Positions 1-8,394 of a stretch of DNA of 64,000 nucleotides are shown here, one piece after another. The stretch comes from an uncultured Actinomycetota bacterium. Lineage in GTDB: Bacteria > Actinomycetota > Actinomycetes > Propionibacteriales > Propionibacteriaceae. A program made the translations under genes and the position numbers. Under the pieces are notes generated by a model, which saw only the letters and a program-made list of their open reading frames with translations, did not search any database and was not told the origin of the DNA. The number at the start of each line of letters is the position of its first letter. Position 1 is the stretch's first letter. Location: contig CAVTFS010000012.1 in the NCBI GenBank assembly GCA_963734005.1, forward strand, positions 127,322 to 191,321. The letters run 5' to 3'.

Positions 1-109
1 CCGAATCTGGCTCTTTTCAGATCAAGGCGCCGCGCGAGCGCGGCGCGGCCGGCGCCGCGTGTCCTCCTCCGTGCGGGCCTTGCGCCGGCCTTCTGTGGAC
101 GGGGCGACG

Positions 110-715
110 TCACGCAGGGGCGCCGAGCGGCGGGTGCTCGAGCACGCGGGGCTTGTACTCGACCAGCTGGATGCGGCCGTCGAAGGTCCGGTGCTCGATC
201 ATCTCGAGGGCGACGTCCGGGTAGCCGTCGTAGATGCGCTCTGCGCCCGTGGCCCCGGTGATCACCGGGAACATCCCGACCCGGAAGCGGTCGACGAGTC
301 CGGCCCGTAGCAGTGACCGGCACAGGCTGAGGCTGCCGATCGTGCTGAGGAGCCCCGAGGCGTTCTCCTTCATGGCGCGGACCGCCTCGACGGCGTCGTC
401 GCGGACGAGCGTGGAGTTGGCCCACGTCAGTGGCTCCTCGAGCGAGGAGGAGAACACCACCTTGGACGCTTGCGTGAGCTCGTCGACGGACGCCTCTTCT
501 TCGGCCCTGAACTCGGCTTGGCCCTCCGGAACCTCGCCGGCGGCGAAGCCCGACATGAGGCGGTAGGTGTTCGATCCCATGAGGTAAGTGACCTCGGGCT
601 GCTCGCCGAGCCAAGCGAGGTACTCCGGGCCCTCGAGGCCCCAGAACCCGGGCCATCCCTCTCCCGATGCGCAGCCGTCGAGCGAGGTGATGAAGTCGAC
701 GAGAAGCTCTGACAT
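110..715 (-). CDS. Dihydrofolate reductase-family (RibD C-terminal domain) protein
   Basis: N-terminal FITSLDG, LMGSNTY, GSLSL, AGLVDRFR..FPVITG motifs of the RibD_C family; GAAAGGA RBS upstream. Confidence 0.85.
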   Translation of the reverse strand: MSELLVDFITSLDGCASGEGWPGFWGLEGPEYLAWLGEQPEVTYLMGSNTYRLMSGFAAGEVPEGQAEFRAEEEASVDELTQASKVVFSSSLEEPLTWANSTLVRDDAVEAVRAMKENASGLLSTIGSLSLCRSLLRAGLVDRFRVGMFPVITGATGAERIYDGYPDVALEMIEHRTFDGRIQLVEYKPRVLEHPPLGAPA

Positions 716-751
716 GACGGTGTCCTTTCCTAGGGTGGTGTCACGAGCGTG

Positions 752-778
752 GACCAGCCGCGGGCCACGAACTCATCG
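752..778 (-). promoter_or_regulatory. Putative SigG/ECF56-type promoter CGATGA-N18-GTC upstream of the DHFR-family gene
   Basis: Minus strand reads CGATGA-gttcgtggcccgcggctg(18 nt)-GTC; resembles the SigG consensus as I recall it. Confidence 0.5.
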
Positions 779-897
779 GGTCCGTTCGGTTGTTTCCGAT
801 GAGTTCGCGGTTCTGGACCATGCATCAGTTCACCGCCCCGTTTCGGGGGGTCCGCCGCGTCCCCTCTCCGGACCAGTCTCCGACCTCCACTCCCTGC

Positions 898-948
898 GTC
901 AAGGGCGCCTTCGGCGTCCTACGGATTCCGCTTCGCTCCACCCTTGAC
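898..948. repeat. GTCAAGGG...CCCTTGAC multi-stem REP-like element
   Basis: 8-bp terminal inverted repeat enclosing short hairpins (cgcc-ttc-ggcg); similar element at 6825-6871. Confidence 0.45.
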
Positions 949-1018
949 CCACTCCGCTCCGGCCTGAGATTTGGCGCCTACGAGGGGACGCGGCTGGTGT
1001 GGGCCATGACACTCCGGT

Positions 1019-1142
1019 GAGTGACCAAGCGAGTGACAACGGGACCGAACACAGCGGGATATCGGTACCTGGTCCAGGACGCTTGGCGACCGGCAAGATC
1101 ATCAAGCGACGCCCGTCCGAGGTGCTTCGGGATGAAGAGGTC
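1019..1142 (+). mobile_element. att half-site remnant: GAGTGAC x2 arm repeat plus tRNA-Pro(CGG) anticodon-arm fragment
   Basis: GAGTGAC at 1019 and 1031 (12-bp period); TTCGGGATGAAGAGGTC at 1126-1142 resembles actinobacterial tRNA-Pro TTCGGGACGAAGAGG. Confidence 0.65.
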
Positions 1143-1165
1143 AAGAATCGAACACTGGCGGTTCG

Positions 1166-1299
1166 CGTGCCCAATACGTGCCCAATGCGGGTGCGGCGAT
1201 CGGTCACGCACGGCGACTCGCGGTCACCACTTCTCTTGCGTGCAAGGAAAGTTGCCTAGCCACCAACCAGCTCGGGGCGTCTTCCAAGCTGGTCATGCG
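1166..1299 (+). mobile_element. att half-site remnant: CGTGCCCAAT x2 arm repeat plus tRNA-Gly(TCC) fragment
   Basis: CGTGCCCAAT at 1166 and 1177 (11-bp period); CTTCCAAGCTGGTCATGCG at 1281-1299 matches the tRNA-Gly(TCC) anticodon loop, 3' stem and variable region. Confidence 0.7.
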
Positions 1300-1360
1300 T
1301 CACGCTGCACAACTCAGTCCCGTCAGGGACGAATCCGGGGGACGAGTTCAGGGGTTTGGG

Positions 1361-1807
1361 TCAGCGACCCGCGACCCGTCCGAGCCCCAGCGCGGCCATG
1401 GCGGTCGCGAGCGCGAGGCTGACAACCGCGACCGGCGTCTCGACGTGGTCCCAGCCGCTCGGTCGCAGCCGCTCGCGGACGACCCGCTCACCGAGGTAGC
1501 CGCCAATGTTCAACGCGCCGAGTCCACCCAGCACCTTGGCCGCCACCCGTCCGACGCTGGCGTTAGGATTCGTCGCGACCAATGCAATGGCGACCGCCTG
1601 CGTGCCGAGCATCGTGACCGGGGCCGACAGGGCGGTGCCCTTGTCCCAGAGGTCACGCCCGATGTCATCGGCCTCACCGCGCATTCCGACAACGCGGACG
1701 TCGTACGGCAGTCCGCGGCGAACCGCCACCGACATTCCGACCAACTGTGCCGCAAGCTGTGCGGTCGCGACGCCCACGAGTATCCGTTGGCTGGTCATCG
1801 CCGGCAC
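1361..1807 (-). CDS. Hypothetical small membrane protein
   Basis: 148-aa ORF with several hydrophobic segments; no recognised family. Confidence 0.55.
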   Translation of the reverse strand: MPAMTSQRILVGVATAQLAAQLVGMSVAVRRGLPYDVRVVGMRGEADDIGRDLWDKGTALSAPVTMLGTQAVAIALVATNPNASVGRVAAKVLGGLGALNIGGYLGERVVRERLRPSGWDHVETPVAVVSLALATAMAALGLGRVAGR

Positions 1808-2055
1808 TCTACGCCTGCCTTATGGGTCACGACACGGCCGGTGATCCGCAGCGGCTCCCCGTACCTGGGAGCCACCAGATCGACTGACCAAACCGGTCTG
1901 GCTATATCCACCGGAGTTGTGGACCCTTCCGTCGCTGAGGCTAGGCCCACAGCACGACAAGCTGCGCGCGGCTATCACCGGGGAGCTCCTCCGGCTGGGC
2001 GCCGCTCCTGTACAACTCCCATGACGGCCGGACCATCTACATCGCTGCATGCACC

Positions 2056-2182
2056 GGTCTCATTTGTGGTCTCATTTGTCACCGTTCGCCGCAGTTCGCC
2101 GGGCCCCACCGTCCACCACCCACGGGCGCCCGACGTCGTCGAGAACCCTCGCGGACACGCCTTAGCGGACTTGGAAAGCGTG
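2056..2182 (+). mobile_element. att half-site remnant: GGTCTCATTTGT x2 arm repeat plus tRNA-Ser(GGA) fragment
   Basis: Perfect 12-bp tandem repeat 2056-2079; CTTGGAAAGCGTG at 2170-2182 matches the tRNA-Ser(GGA) anticodon loop and 3' stem. Confidence 0.7.
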
Positions 2183-2188
2183 CGCCTC

Positions 2189-2315
2189 TGACAGCAACCG
2201 TGACAGCAAAGCGGATTCAACATGCCCTCGCTTGGGGGATCGACTCAGACGGGCGCCGCGAGGTACGGACGGTTACGGACGCGTGCGGCAGCCCTGCCTG
2301 GATCTACGGATCAGA
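2189..2315 (+). mobile_element. att half-site remnant: TGACAGCAA x2 arm repeat plus tRNA-Arg(ACG) fragment
   Basis: TGACAGCAA at 2189 and 2201; CTACGGATCAGA at 2304-2315 is the tRNA-Arg(ACG) anticodon loop and 3' stem. Confidence 0.65.
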
Positions 2316-2333
2316 GGATCAAGATCACGAACA

Positions 2334-2504
2334 GGGAGCCATTCTGGGAGCCAGATCGCACAACCAAGCCCGTACGACCGCGGACGCACACGGAGTACAG
2401 ACTGCGGTTCTGGGCGCGAAGGCCGACCCGCCGGACCACTTCAGACGCCTGGTCGAGACCTACGGATCTGAAGGTTGGGGGTTCGAATCCCTCCGGGTGC
2501 GCCA
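2334..2504 (+). mobile_element. att site: GGGAGCCA x2 arm repeat plus complete 3' half of tRNA-Arg(ACG)
   Basis: GGGAGCCA at 2334 and 2346; 2460-2504 CTACGGATCTGAAGGTTGGGGGTTCGAATCCCTCCGGGTGCGCCA has the anticodon loop, T-arm (GGTTCGAATCC) and CCA but no 5' half. Confidence 0.85.
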
Positions 2505-3140
2505 GTGTTTTGCCTAGTCGGAGCGGTTTTGGCCGACCGGCCTCAGCGCTGCACGCTCTACGCTGCTAACGCCGGTGCTAACACTGGCCCCGGAATCGCC
2601 GTGTGCAGTTCCGGTTCATGCTTGACCATTGGGTTCCGGTAGCTGCTTGACAGTTTGGGGACGCGGTTCCGGTTCCTGCGCGACAGTCGTTCCGGTAGGT
2701 GCTTGACACTTTCGCTGTGCCGCGCCTGTTGCGATGCCTGGTTGATGGGTTCTTCCGTAGTCGTCATCGACTGTGGAAGGAGCCGGGATACTTCGGGAGC
2801 TGCGGGTGGGCGAGCAACGGTATCGGGCGGTGTGGGAGGTGTTGGAGGGCGCCTCGGTGACCGAGGTGGCACGTCGATTCGGGGTGTCGCGGCAGAGTGT
2901 GCATTCCTGGTTGACCCGCTATGCCGCCGATGGTGGGTTGGGTGGTTTGGGTGATCGGTCGTCGCGGCCGCATGGCTGTCCGCATCAAATGAGTGCGGTA
3001 GTCGAGGCAAAAATCGTAGAGATCAGGCGGGCGCATCCGGCCTGGGGTGCAGACCGGATCGGCTACCAGCTGGAGCGAGATGGGGTATTGAGTGTGCCAG
3101 TCTGATTTGGCCCCACTTGGAGGGCTAGTGCTCGCTCGGT

Positions 3141-4757
3141 GTGGCCCCACCCTCGACCAATCGTTTCCCTCTACTTTCGGCTCGTCTGCGATGGCGATCG
3201 CGAAAGGCCGGGGGTGTGAAGGAGAGATCGAGAGTGGAGCAGTTCGAGGGTATTCGACGTGATTCCCGGGATCGGGGGATGTCGATTCGGGCGTTGGCGG
3301 AGCGTCATGGGGTGCACCGGCGGACGGTGCGTCAGGCGTTGGCGGATGCCACGCCGCCGGCGAGGAAGGTGGCGGAGCGGTTGGCTCCGGCCACCGGTCC
3401 TTATGTTGATCTTGTTCGGCGGTGGTTGATGGATGATCTGTCGGCGCCGAGGAAGCAGCGGCATACCGCACGGCGGATCTGGCAGCGGTTGACTGAGGAG
3501 GAAGATGCTCGGATCGGGGAGTCGACGGTGCGGAATCTGGTGGCGCGGCTGCGAACCGAGATCGGCGCCGACCGGTGCCGGGTGATGGTGCCGCAGACTC
3601 ATCCGCCGGCGGCCGAGGCCGAGGTGGACTTCGGCGAGTTCACCGCCTCCATCGCCGGGCAGGTGATGAAGCTGTACATGTTTTGCATGCGGCTGTCGCA
3701 TTCGGGGAAGGCGTTCCACGTCGGCTACGCCAACCAAACCCAAGAATCGTTCCTGGACGGCCATGTGCGCGCCTTCGAAGCCTTCGGCGGGGTGCCGACC
3801 GGGATGATCCGGTATGACAATTTGAAACCGGCGGTGATCCGGATCGCGTTGGGCAGGGAACGTTTCGAACATCCCCGGTTCGTGGCGATGCGGTCCCACT
3901 ACGGCTACGACTCGTTTTTCTGCGCGCCCGGCGTCGACGGGGCGCATGAGAAGGGCGGCGTGGAGGGCGAAATCGGCCGATTCCGCCGCCGCCATCTGAC
4001 CCCGATGCCGCATGTGGGCTCGCTGGAGGCGTTGAACGCTGCCCTGGCCGCCGCGGATGCCCGCGACGACACCCGCCACATCACCGGTCGCACCGAAACC
4101 GTTGGCGAGGCGGCGGCCGGAGAGCTGCCGTTGCTGGCGCCGCTGCCGGCCGAGCCGTTCGACATGGCGTTGCGGTCGTCGTGCCGGGTCGACGCTAAGG
4201 CCCGGATTTGTGTCCGCCAGTCCTACTACTCGGTGCCGGCCCGATACGCCGGCCGCCGTCTGGAGGTGCGGCTGGGCGCCACCATGATCACCGTCTATGA
4301 CGGCGCCACCATCGTCGCCGAGCATCCCCGGTCGCTGCATAAGTACAGTGAGGATTTGATCTTGGATCATTACCTGGAAGTGCTATGCCGCAAACCCGGC
4401 GCGCTGGCCGGGTCCACCGCGCTAGCCGCAGCACGGGCCGCCGGGGTGTTCACCGCTGATCATCAACGGTTCTGGGAGACAGCCCGACGGCGGCTCGGCG
4501 ACGGGCCCGGCACCCGCGCCCTGATCGGGGTGTTGCTGCTGCACCGCACCCTGCCCACAGACTCGGTGATCACAGCGATGCGCGCCGCGATCAGTATGGA
4601 CAGCGTCGACCCGGATCTGGTTGCGGTCGAGGCCCGCCGCATCAGCCATCCCGAGCCGGCGCCGCCGCTGATCGTGCCGACCAGTAAAGATCTTGGTGAC
4701 CGGCCGGCCCCGTCGCTGGCCGGCTACGATCAGCTGCTGGCTGGAGCCCTGGCATGA
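3141..4757 (+). CDS. istA: IS21 transposase IstA (true start probably about 3216)
   Basis: HTH (SIRALAERHGVHRRTVRQAL), RKQRHTARRI, EAEVDFG, YDNLK, HEKGGVEGEIG motifs. Confidence 0.95.
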   Translation: MAPPSTNRFPLLSARLRWRSRKAGGVKERSRVEQFEGIRRDSRDRGMSIRALAERHGVHRRTVRQALADATPPARKVAERLAPATGPYVDLVRRWLMDDLSAPRKQRHTARRIWQRLTEEEDARIGESTVRNLVARLRTEIGADRCRVMVPQTHPPAAEAEVDFGEFTASIAGQVMKLYMFCMRLSHSGKAFHVGYANQTQESFLDGHVRAFEAFGGVPTGMIRYDNLKPAVIRIALGRERFEHPRFVAMRSHYGYDSFFCAPGVDGAHEKGGVEGEIGRFRRRHLTPMPHVGSLEALNAALAAADARDDTRHITGRTETVGEAAAGELPLLAPLPAEPFDMALRSSCRVDAKARICVRQSYYSVPARYAGRRLEVRLGATMITVYDGATIVAEHPRSLHKYSEDLILDHYLEVLCRKPGALAGSTALAAARAAGVFTADHQRFWETARRRLGDGPGTRALIGVLLLHRTLPTDSVITAMRAAISMDSVDPDLVAVEARRISHPEPAPPLIVPTSKDLGDRPAPSLAGYDQLLAGALA

Positions 4758-5542
4758 CCGCGGCCGTGTCTCGGCTGGCCGAGCCGGCCGCTGACGCCGC
4801 CATCGCAGCCGCAGCCAAAACCCTGCAGCTGCCCACCATCCGCGCCCAAGCCGGGCAGCTGGCCGCGGCTGCGGCGAAGCAGCGCTTGTCGCACAAGGCG
4901 TTCCTGGCCGAGGTGCTGACCGCCGAATGCGACGAACGCGACGCCCGCCGACGGATCCGGCTAGTCCATGAGGCCAAGTTCCCGCGCACCAAACGACTCG
5001 GCGACTTCGACCACACCCGCATCCCCGACCTCACCCCAGCCGTCCTCGGCCACCTCGCCTCCGGTGCCTGGATCGACAAAGGTGAACCTTTAGTGCTGCT
5101 CGGCGACTCCGGCACCGGCAAAACCCATCTGCTCATCGCCCTCGGCACCTGCGCCGCCGAAGCGGGCCGCCGGGTCCGCTACCTGACCTGCGCCCAACTG
5201 GTCAACGAGCTCGCCGAAGCCGCCGACGACAAACAACTCACCCGCGTCCTCGGCCGCTACGCCCGCCTCGACCTGCTCTGCCTCGACGAGATCGGCTACC
5301 TCACCTTGGATCCGCGAGGCGCCGAACTGCTGTTCCAGATCATCACCGCCAGAGAAGAACGCGCCTCCATCGCCTGCGCCTCAAACGCCCCCTTCTCCGA
5401 ATGGGGCAACACCTTCACCGACCCCCGCCTCGCCGCTGCCGTGGTTGACCGGCTCACCTTCAACGCCCACATCATCCAAACCGGCACCAACAGCTACCGG
5501 CTCACCAGCACACGAAACAAGAAAGGAGCCGCCAACACCTAA
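4754..5542 (+). CDS. istB: IS21 helper ATPase IstB
   Basis: Walker A GDSGTGKT, Walker B LLCLDEIGY, AVVDRLT, SYRL; ATGA overlap with istA. Confidence 0.95.
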   Translation: MTAAVSRLAEPAADAAIAAAAKTLQLPTIRAQAGQLAAAAAKQRLSHKAFLAEVLTAECDERDARRRIRLVHEAKFPRTKRLGDFDHTRIPDLTPAVLGHLASGAWIDKGEPLVLLGDSGTGKTHLLIALGTCAAEAGRRVRYLTCAQLVNELAEAADDKQLTRVLGRYARLDLLCLDEIGYLTLDPRGAELLFQIITAREERASIACASNAPFSEWGNTFTDPRLAAAVVDRLTFNAHIIQTGTNSYRLTSTRNKKGAANT

Positions 5543-6992
5543 CCGACCCCAGGGTGGGGCCAAATCAGGCCAGCACAGTGGGGCCAAATCAACTTGTCAT
5601 TCTCAGGGTATCGCCGGTGCCAGGCCGGACCAGTATCTATCGGGCGCTGGTGCGGAACGGTTTGGTGGTGCCGGGGCAGCGGAAGCGTCGGCGGGCGGAT
5701 TATCGGCGGTGGGAGCGGGCCCGACCGATGGAGCTGTGGCAGATGGATGTGGTCGGCGGCTTCCACCTGAGCGATGGGACTGAGCTGAAGGCTGTCAGCG
5801 GCATCGACGACAGCTCCCGGTTCGGGGTATCGGCCACACTGGTGCGGCGGGCCACCGCCGGCCCGGTGTGTGAGGCGCTGCTGGCGGCGCTGCGGCGACA
5901 CGGAGTCCCGGATCAGATGTTGACTGACAACGGGAAAGTCTTCACCGGCAGGTTCGGCCCGGCGGGCAGCTCGGCGGAGGTGTTGTTCGACCGGATCTGC
6001 GCCGAGAACGGGATCCGGCATCTGCTGACCGCACCCCGATCTCCTACCACCACAGGGAAGGTGGAGCGGTGGCACAAGACGATACGTGCCGAGTTCCTTG
6101 CCGAGCACGACCGGCGGCACGCCACCTTGGCGGAGTTGCAGGCAGGCGTTGGATGCGTGGGTAGACCACTACAACACCGAACGGCCGCACCAGGCGTTGG
6201 GGATGCGGCCGCCGATCGAGAGGTTCCAACTTGCTCGCCGGGCCCGGCGTGGAGACCGTCGTCGAACCCAGTGCCGTCCCGGCCGTGCCACCGGCGCCGG
6301 TCGTGGAGCCGAGCCCGCAGATCGTGCGGCTGTCCGGGGTGCAGCGGTGGGTCGACCAGCACGGTCTGATCTCCTTAGGCGGGTTCCGTTACCGGGTGCC
6401 CATCGTGCTGGCCGGGGAGCCGGTGGAGGCCGTGGCCGCGGAGCATCTGGTACGGATCTTCCACCGTGACGTGCTGGTCGCTGAACACGTGCAACGCCGC
6501 AAACCCGACACCGGCCAGCAGCAGGAGGTCCGGCTGCGGCAGGGCAGCCGCCGGTCCCGGCGGGCTACCGACGGGATGGTGGTGACCCGGGTGGTGGACT
6601 CCTCCGGGTACGTGTCGTTCGCCGGCACCAACTACCGGGTCGGCAACAGCTGGCGCGGCCGCAGCGCCCAAGTCTGCATCGTCGCCGGTTCGGTGCAGCT
6701 TTCCTGCGACGGCCACATCGTGCGCGTCCACCCGATCCGACACGACCGGGCCAAAGAACACGGCGCGTTCGCCACCCCGAACGGGCGGCCCCGCCACCGA
6801 CAGGATGCGCCGGCCGGTGCCAGCGTCAAGGCCAAGCCGCTGCGCGGTCGGCCTGCCGGCCGAGCCTTGACCCCGACCCCCTCACCCGGCGCAAGATCGC
6901 CGCGGCGCGGAACCACCCGACCCGAAGGACGATGTTGATCATGTCAAGGAGGTACCGGAACTCAAGTGTCAAGCGGGTGGTGGAACTTGACA

Positions 6993-7440
6993 GCCCCGGA
7001 ATCGCCGTGCATGGCGGCTTCGACGGCACCCGCGAACGTGGCCGCGACCGCTGGCGTTAGCTCCTGCTTGTTGTACTCCTCGATCAACTTCGGCAGCAGT
7101 TGCGAGGGAGTGTCCGGATAGACCGGCTCACCGAAGGCGGTGCGGAACATGAGGTCCGACTCGGGCCAGTCCGACTCGATCACGAGCCGTTCCTCGGCCT
7201 GCCGAGCCCCGCACGCCTGCAGGACCCCGCACGGTCAGCGGATCGATTGTCACGGTTCGCCGTCGTCCTCCCTTGGTCGTGCCGACAATCCGCTCACCCT
7301 CGACCACCGACGCCGAGCCGGTGATCACCACCGCGCCGCCGGCCAGATCGACCATTGGCCATGTCAGGTTGAGCAACTCGCCGCGGCGGGCACCGGTGAA
7401 GGCAGCGACGTGGAAGAACGCGTAACGGCTCTACTCCATC
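6993..7440 (-). pseudogene. Tyrosine integrase remnant; HxxRH/Tyr catalytic region missing, C-terminus continues past IS481 into the att arm
   Basis: FFHVAAFTGARRGELLNLTW..DL, TTKGGRRRTVTID, LMFRTAFGEPVYPDT; frameshifted; rejoined across IS481 it reads HGDSGASVSTGVSS over the TGCTAAC arms. Confidence 0.85.
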
Positions 7441-7566
7441 AAGGCAGCCTCGCTGCGCTCGGCTGCTCCCTCCGCGTGTCCTCGCTTCGCTGCGGGCCGC
7501 GTCGCGGCAGCTGATATCGAAGAGGTCGGAGTTCAAGACCACCTCGGCCCACAACACGCCCGCGGG

Positions 7567-8136
7567 TCAAACGCCCTCAGTTGCTGACCGCGCCTTCTTC
7601 CGCACACGAAAGCGGAGCATCGTCACGGGACCTGACTGCCTGTTGCTGAACGGTTCCAGGTCGATCCTGCCGAGGCCCGAGGTCGAGAAGCGCACGCCGT
7701 CGCCAAGCAGCACAGGCAAGACATAGACCAGGACCTCGTCGACGAGACCTCGCTGCAGGCACTGACTGGCCAGGTCGGCACCGAGGATCTCCAGATTCTT
7801 ACCGCCCGCGACGGCGCGCGCCGTGGCGACGGCCTCCGCCAGATCGCAGGTGAGGAATGTGACCCCTTGCTCTGGCTCGGCCGGCGGTTGGTGCGTCAGG
7901 ACAAATACCGGTCCCCCGTCGTAGTCGGTGTCCTCGTCGGACATCCGCTGGGCGACCTCGTAAGTGCCCCGGCCGACGAGCATGGCGCCAGTGGCGTGCA
8001 TGACCTCAGGAAACGAGTCCTTTTTCACGTACTCGATGATCCAGTCCATCGCGTCGTCGGGGCCGGCGATGAAGCCGTCCAGCGACATCGCCCTGTTCAC
8101 AACGACCTTGCCCAGGCCAGCATCCGTATCGCTCAT
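7567..8136 (-). CDS. Dihydrofolate reductase-family (RibD_C) protein, cargo of the integrative element
   Basis: AMSLDGFIAGP, MLVGRGTY, VFVLTH, GLVDEV..PVLLGDG; start placed at MSDTDAG (ORF track start 8157). Confidence 0.88.
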   Translation of the reverse strand: MSDTDAGLGKVVVNRAMSLDGFIAGPDDAMDWIIEYVKKDSFPEVMHATGAMLVGRGTYEVAQRMSDEDTDYDGGPVFVLTHQPPAEPEQGVTFLTCDLAEAVATARAVAGGKNLEILGADLASQCLQRGLVDEVLVYVLPVLLGDGVRFSTSGLGRIDLEPFSNRQSGPVTMLRFRVRKKARSATEGV

Positions 8137-8145
8137 GCCGATGAC

Positions 8146-8172
8146 GACCCGGCGCATGTCACGAACTCATTG
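8146..8172 (-). promoter_or_regulatory. Putative SigG/ECF56-type promoter CAATGA-N18-GTC (leaderless-like spacing)
   Basis: Same geometry as 752-778 (ATGAGTTCGTG conserved), 9 nt before the ATG at 8136. Confidence 0.45.
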
Positions 8173-8254
8173 GCCTCGGCGGAGCAATCCCCGGACCGCC
8201 CCGGAACGATCGCACCGAGCGCAGGCCGTACATGCTCAGGTGCCACACCTGGCA

Positions 8255-8379
8255 TGCTAACGCCCTGCTAACGGGCGTCCGAACACCGACCGACGAACAC
8301 GGACGTAGCGACACAAACGCCGGGCCGGTACACGCGCTCAGGACGTTGAGCGGACAGGCTTCGCACTCCTACGGATCTG
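8255..8379 (+). mobile_element. attR-like half-site: TGCTAACG x2 plus tRNA-Arg core, truncated by the IS110 insertion
   Basis: TGCTAACG at 8255 and 8266; CCTACGGATCTG at 8368-8379, after which it diverges from the 2459 copy. Confidence 0.75.
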
Positions 8380-8394
8380 TGAGTGTCGTTGCGG

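Larger units (their letters stand above)
3089..5605 (+). mobile_element. IS21-family insertion sequence (2517 bp), 6-bp target duplication GGGTAT
   Basis: IRL TGAGTGTGCCAGTCTGATTTGGCCCCAC and IRR (reverse complement) TGAGAATGACAAGTTGATTTGGCCCCAC; GGGTAT at 3083-3088 and 5606-5611. Confidence 0.95.
2773..6938 (+). pseudogene. IS481-family transposase, split by IS21 and with two frameshifts (near 6140 and 6240)
   Basis: HTH (VTEVARRFGVSRQSVHSWLTRY); removing IS21 restores ERDGV|SPVPGRTS; DDE motifs LWQMDV, LTDNG, GKVERWH; YNTERPHQAL lies in another frame. Confidence 0.9.
2602..6992 (+). mobile_element. IS481-family element (about 1.87 kb) interrupted by IS21; 15-bp target duplication
   Basis: TGT...ACA ends (TGTGCAGTTCC / GGAACTTGACA); GCCCCGGAATCGCCG at 2587-2601 and 6993-7007; repeated GTTCCGGT-N-CTTGACA subterminal motifs at both ends. 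Confidence 0.9.
2459..8379. mobile_element. Decayed tyrosine-integrase integrative element at a tRNA-Arg att core (about 1.5 kb without the inserted ISs)
   Basis: 12-bp direct repeat CCTACGGATCTG at 2459-2470 and 8368-8379; internal TGCTAAC doublets at 2564-2582 and 8255-8273; integrase remnant and one cargo gene inside. Confidence 0.75.

Noticed and set aside
917-927. CCTACGGAT as another tRNA-Arg core
   Set aside because: Diverges after 9 nt, forms a TCC-TAC-GGA mini-hairpin within the REP-like element, and has no arm doublet upstream.
1852-1874. GGGAGCCA as an extra arm site
   Set aside because: Single copy, part of a GGCTCCC/GGGAGCC hairpin, with no tRNA fragment downstream.
1178-2191. 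337-aa plus-strand ORF and other long antisense ORFs (e.g. 3171-4370, 13504-14808, 61038-62630)
   Set aside because: Shadow ORFs of high-GC DNA overlapping better-supported features, with no recognisable motifs.
2460-2504. Functional tRNA-Arg gene
   Set aside because: Only the 3' half is present; no D-arm or 5' acceptor strand upstream.
1019-2582. CRISPR-like array
   Set aside because: The repeats differ between modules and are only doublets; no cas genes.
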